The position numbers and the translations under genes were made by a program. From Chthoniobacter flavus (lineage in GTDB: Bacteria > Verrucomicrobiota > Verrucomicrobiia > Chthoniobacterales > Terrimicrobiaceae): 26,446 nucleotides of DNA. Each line of letters opens with the position of its first letter. Within the stretch, counting starts at the first letter, position 1. This document shows, piece after piece, positions 25,422 to 26,446 of the stretch. The DNA lies in the NCBI GenBank assembly GCA_945863785.1, contig CAMBAQ010000001.1, positions 1-26,446 of the forward strand. The letters run 5' to 3'. The notes below the pieces were generated by a model, which was given only the letters and a program-made list of their open reading frames with translations, was not told where the DNA came from and did no database searches.

Positions 25422-26446
25422 CTAGGGGTGATTAATTTTCACTCTTGTGGTGAAGGTTTTCGTGTTTTTGAGATAGTCCGAGGTATTGGTCTCTCCTCGG
25501 AGCGTGTCCCAAGCAGCCTGATCGATACGGGCCTTGAAGCGGAGGGAACGCTCGTTATTGAGGCCGACGATCTTCAATTCCATGAGGTCGGGGGTAGGAG
25601 TGCTGGAGGAGTATGTCCAGTTCGTAAATCCATTGGTGCTGCTGGTGAGCGGGGTGACCTGAAAATCTAAGATGTTGCGGGCAAGAATCTCGCAGTTGGT
25701 GTTGGTGGGGGTGACGTCAGAGAAGGGGGCGTTTTTCAGGAGATGGGTGAAGGTCTCATTACTTTCGATAAAGTAGCGGTAGAGGTTGTAACTTTGGCGT
25801 CCATGATTTCCCGCAACGGGGCCCTTATTTCCATAAGCAAGAAAGTACGCTACGGCACAAAGCTCGCTTTTGTTGTTCGTGTTCTGCGCGGTCGCGGGGA
25901 GAGTGGTGAGAAATCCGATCTGGCTATTCGGGCGGGTCGAGGCATCGCTGCCGGGGAGGTTGGTAAGAAAGTAGGCGGAGTTTGTGGAGGGGAGGAGGTT
26001 TCGAAGGTCAGCGGAAACAACTTGCACCGCTGCTCGGGCTTCGCGGTACGCCTCGGCGCGGTTTTCTGCTGTCCGCCAGAGTGTCGTAGATCCATGAACG
26101 ATATTCAAAAGAACAACCAAAAGGATCGAAAGCAAGGAAATCGCAACGAGGATTTCCAAGAGGGAAAAGGCTTTTTTGACAGGATGGACAGGATTTTCAG
26201 GATTTCCAAGACGGGAGGATTTGGGGCGATAGGATTTGTGTTTTCTTTTTACCTGTAAGGATGCGGCGCCAAAGTTGAGGATTAGACCGATTTCCATCCC
26301 AGTGGATTGAAGATAGTTTACAAGTTGTGCTTCATGGGTGGGATGTATTTCCTGAGTGGCCTTAAGTTCGAGAATAACGGAGTTATCCACGATCACATCG
26401 GCAACAAAGTCGCCGACTTGTTCTCCTTCGTAGTAGACCGGGATGC
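25422..26446 (-). CDS. in-frame fusion: GxxExxY (PD-(D/E)XK-like) domain + repeat linker + Verru_Chthon cassette protein C-like prepilin; 5'-truncated by the window
   Basis: The frame is open to the window edge (IPVYYEGEQVGDFVADVIVDNSVILELKA...AQLVNYL..TG..IGLILNFG), then runs through NPENPVHPVKKA|FSLLEILVAISLLSILL...REARAA..V.ADL with no stop. Confidence 0.85.
   Translation of the reverse strand, partial: IPVYYEGEQVGDFVADVIVDNSVILELKATQEIHPTHEAQLVNYLQSTGMEIGLILNFGAASLQVKRKHKSYRPKSSRLGNPENPVHPVKKAFSLLEILVAISLLSILLVVLLNIVHGSTTLWRTAENRAEAYREARAAVQVVSADLRNLLPSTNSAYFLTNLPGSDASTRPNSQIGFLTTLPATAQNTNNKSELCAVAYFLAYGNKGPVAGNHGRQSYNLYRYFIESNETFTHLLKNAPFSDVTPTNTNCEILARNILDFQVTPLTSSTNGFTNWTYSSSTPTPDLMELKIVGLNNERSLRFKARIDQAAWDTLRGETNTSDYLKNTKTFTTRVKINHP
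26178..26236 (+). repeat. 9-nt CAGGAT-core tandem repeat between the GxxExxY and prepilin regions
   Basis: GACAGGATG-GACAGGATT-TTCAGGATT (26178-26204), plus degenerate GGGAGGATT (26213-26221) and GATAGGATT (26228-26236). The three tandem units encode NPENPVHPV on the coding strand. Confidence 0.85.

Noticed and set aside
26178-26236. Repeats as a CRISPR array or phase-variable SSR
   Set aside because: The units are 9 nt with no spacers, and gain or loss of a unit would keep the frame, so it is not an on/off switch.

Overview
A very compact stretch of bacterial chromosome, most likely from Verrucomicrobiota (Spartobacteria/Chthoniobacterales-like). That assignment is an inference from the Verru_Chthon-type pilin cassette, the LpxL-WaaF fusion and the NxxGxxAF-repeat protein. 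It carries about 25 CDS, mostly housekeeping or envelope genes (trpA, mnmG, oppA, purU, oppB, folP-like, pta-like plus a DRTGG protein, purK, lpxL-waaF), several conserved hypotheticals, a decayed IS630-like fragment, and a pseudopilin cassette at the right edge. Best leads: (1) a GxxExxY nuclease-like domain reads in frame, through 9-nt CAGGAT repeats, into a prepilin that has no start codon of its own; (2) a Pta homologue with its catalytic DLSRG motif changed to DIPMG is paired with a stand-alone BioD-like/DRTGG protein; (3) a phospholipase D gene overlaps a split chromate-transporter pair; (4) two divergent gene pairs have overlapping start codons; (5) the pilin-like proteins show strong Thr-Asn dipeptide enrichment. 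I recognised no rRNA, tRNA or CRISPR array. All family calls come from motif recognition, with no database search.
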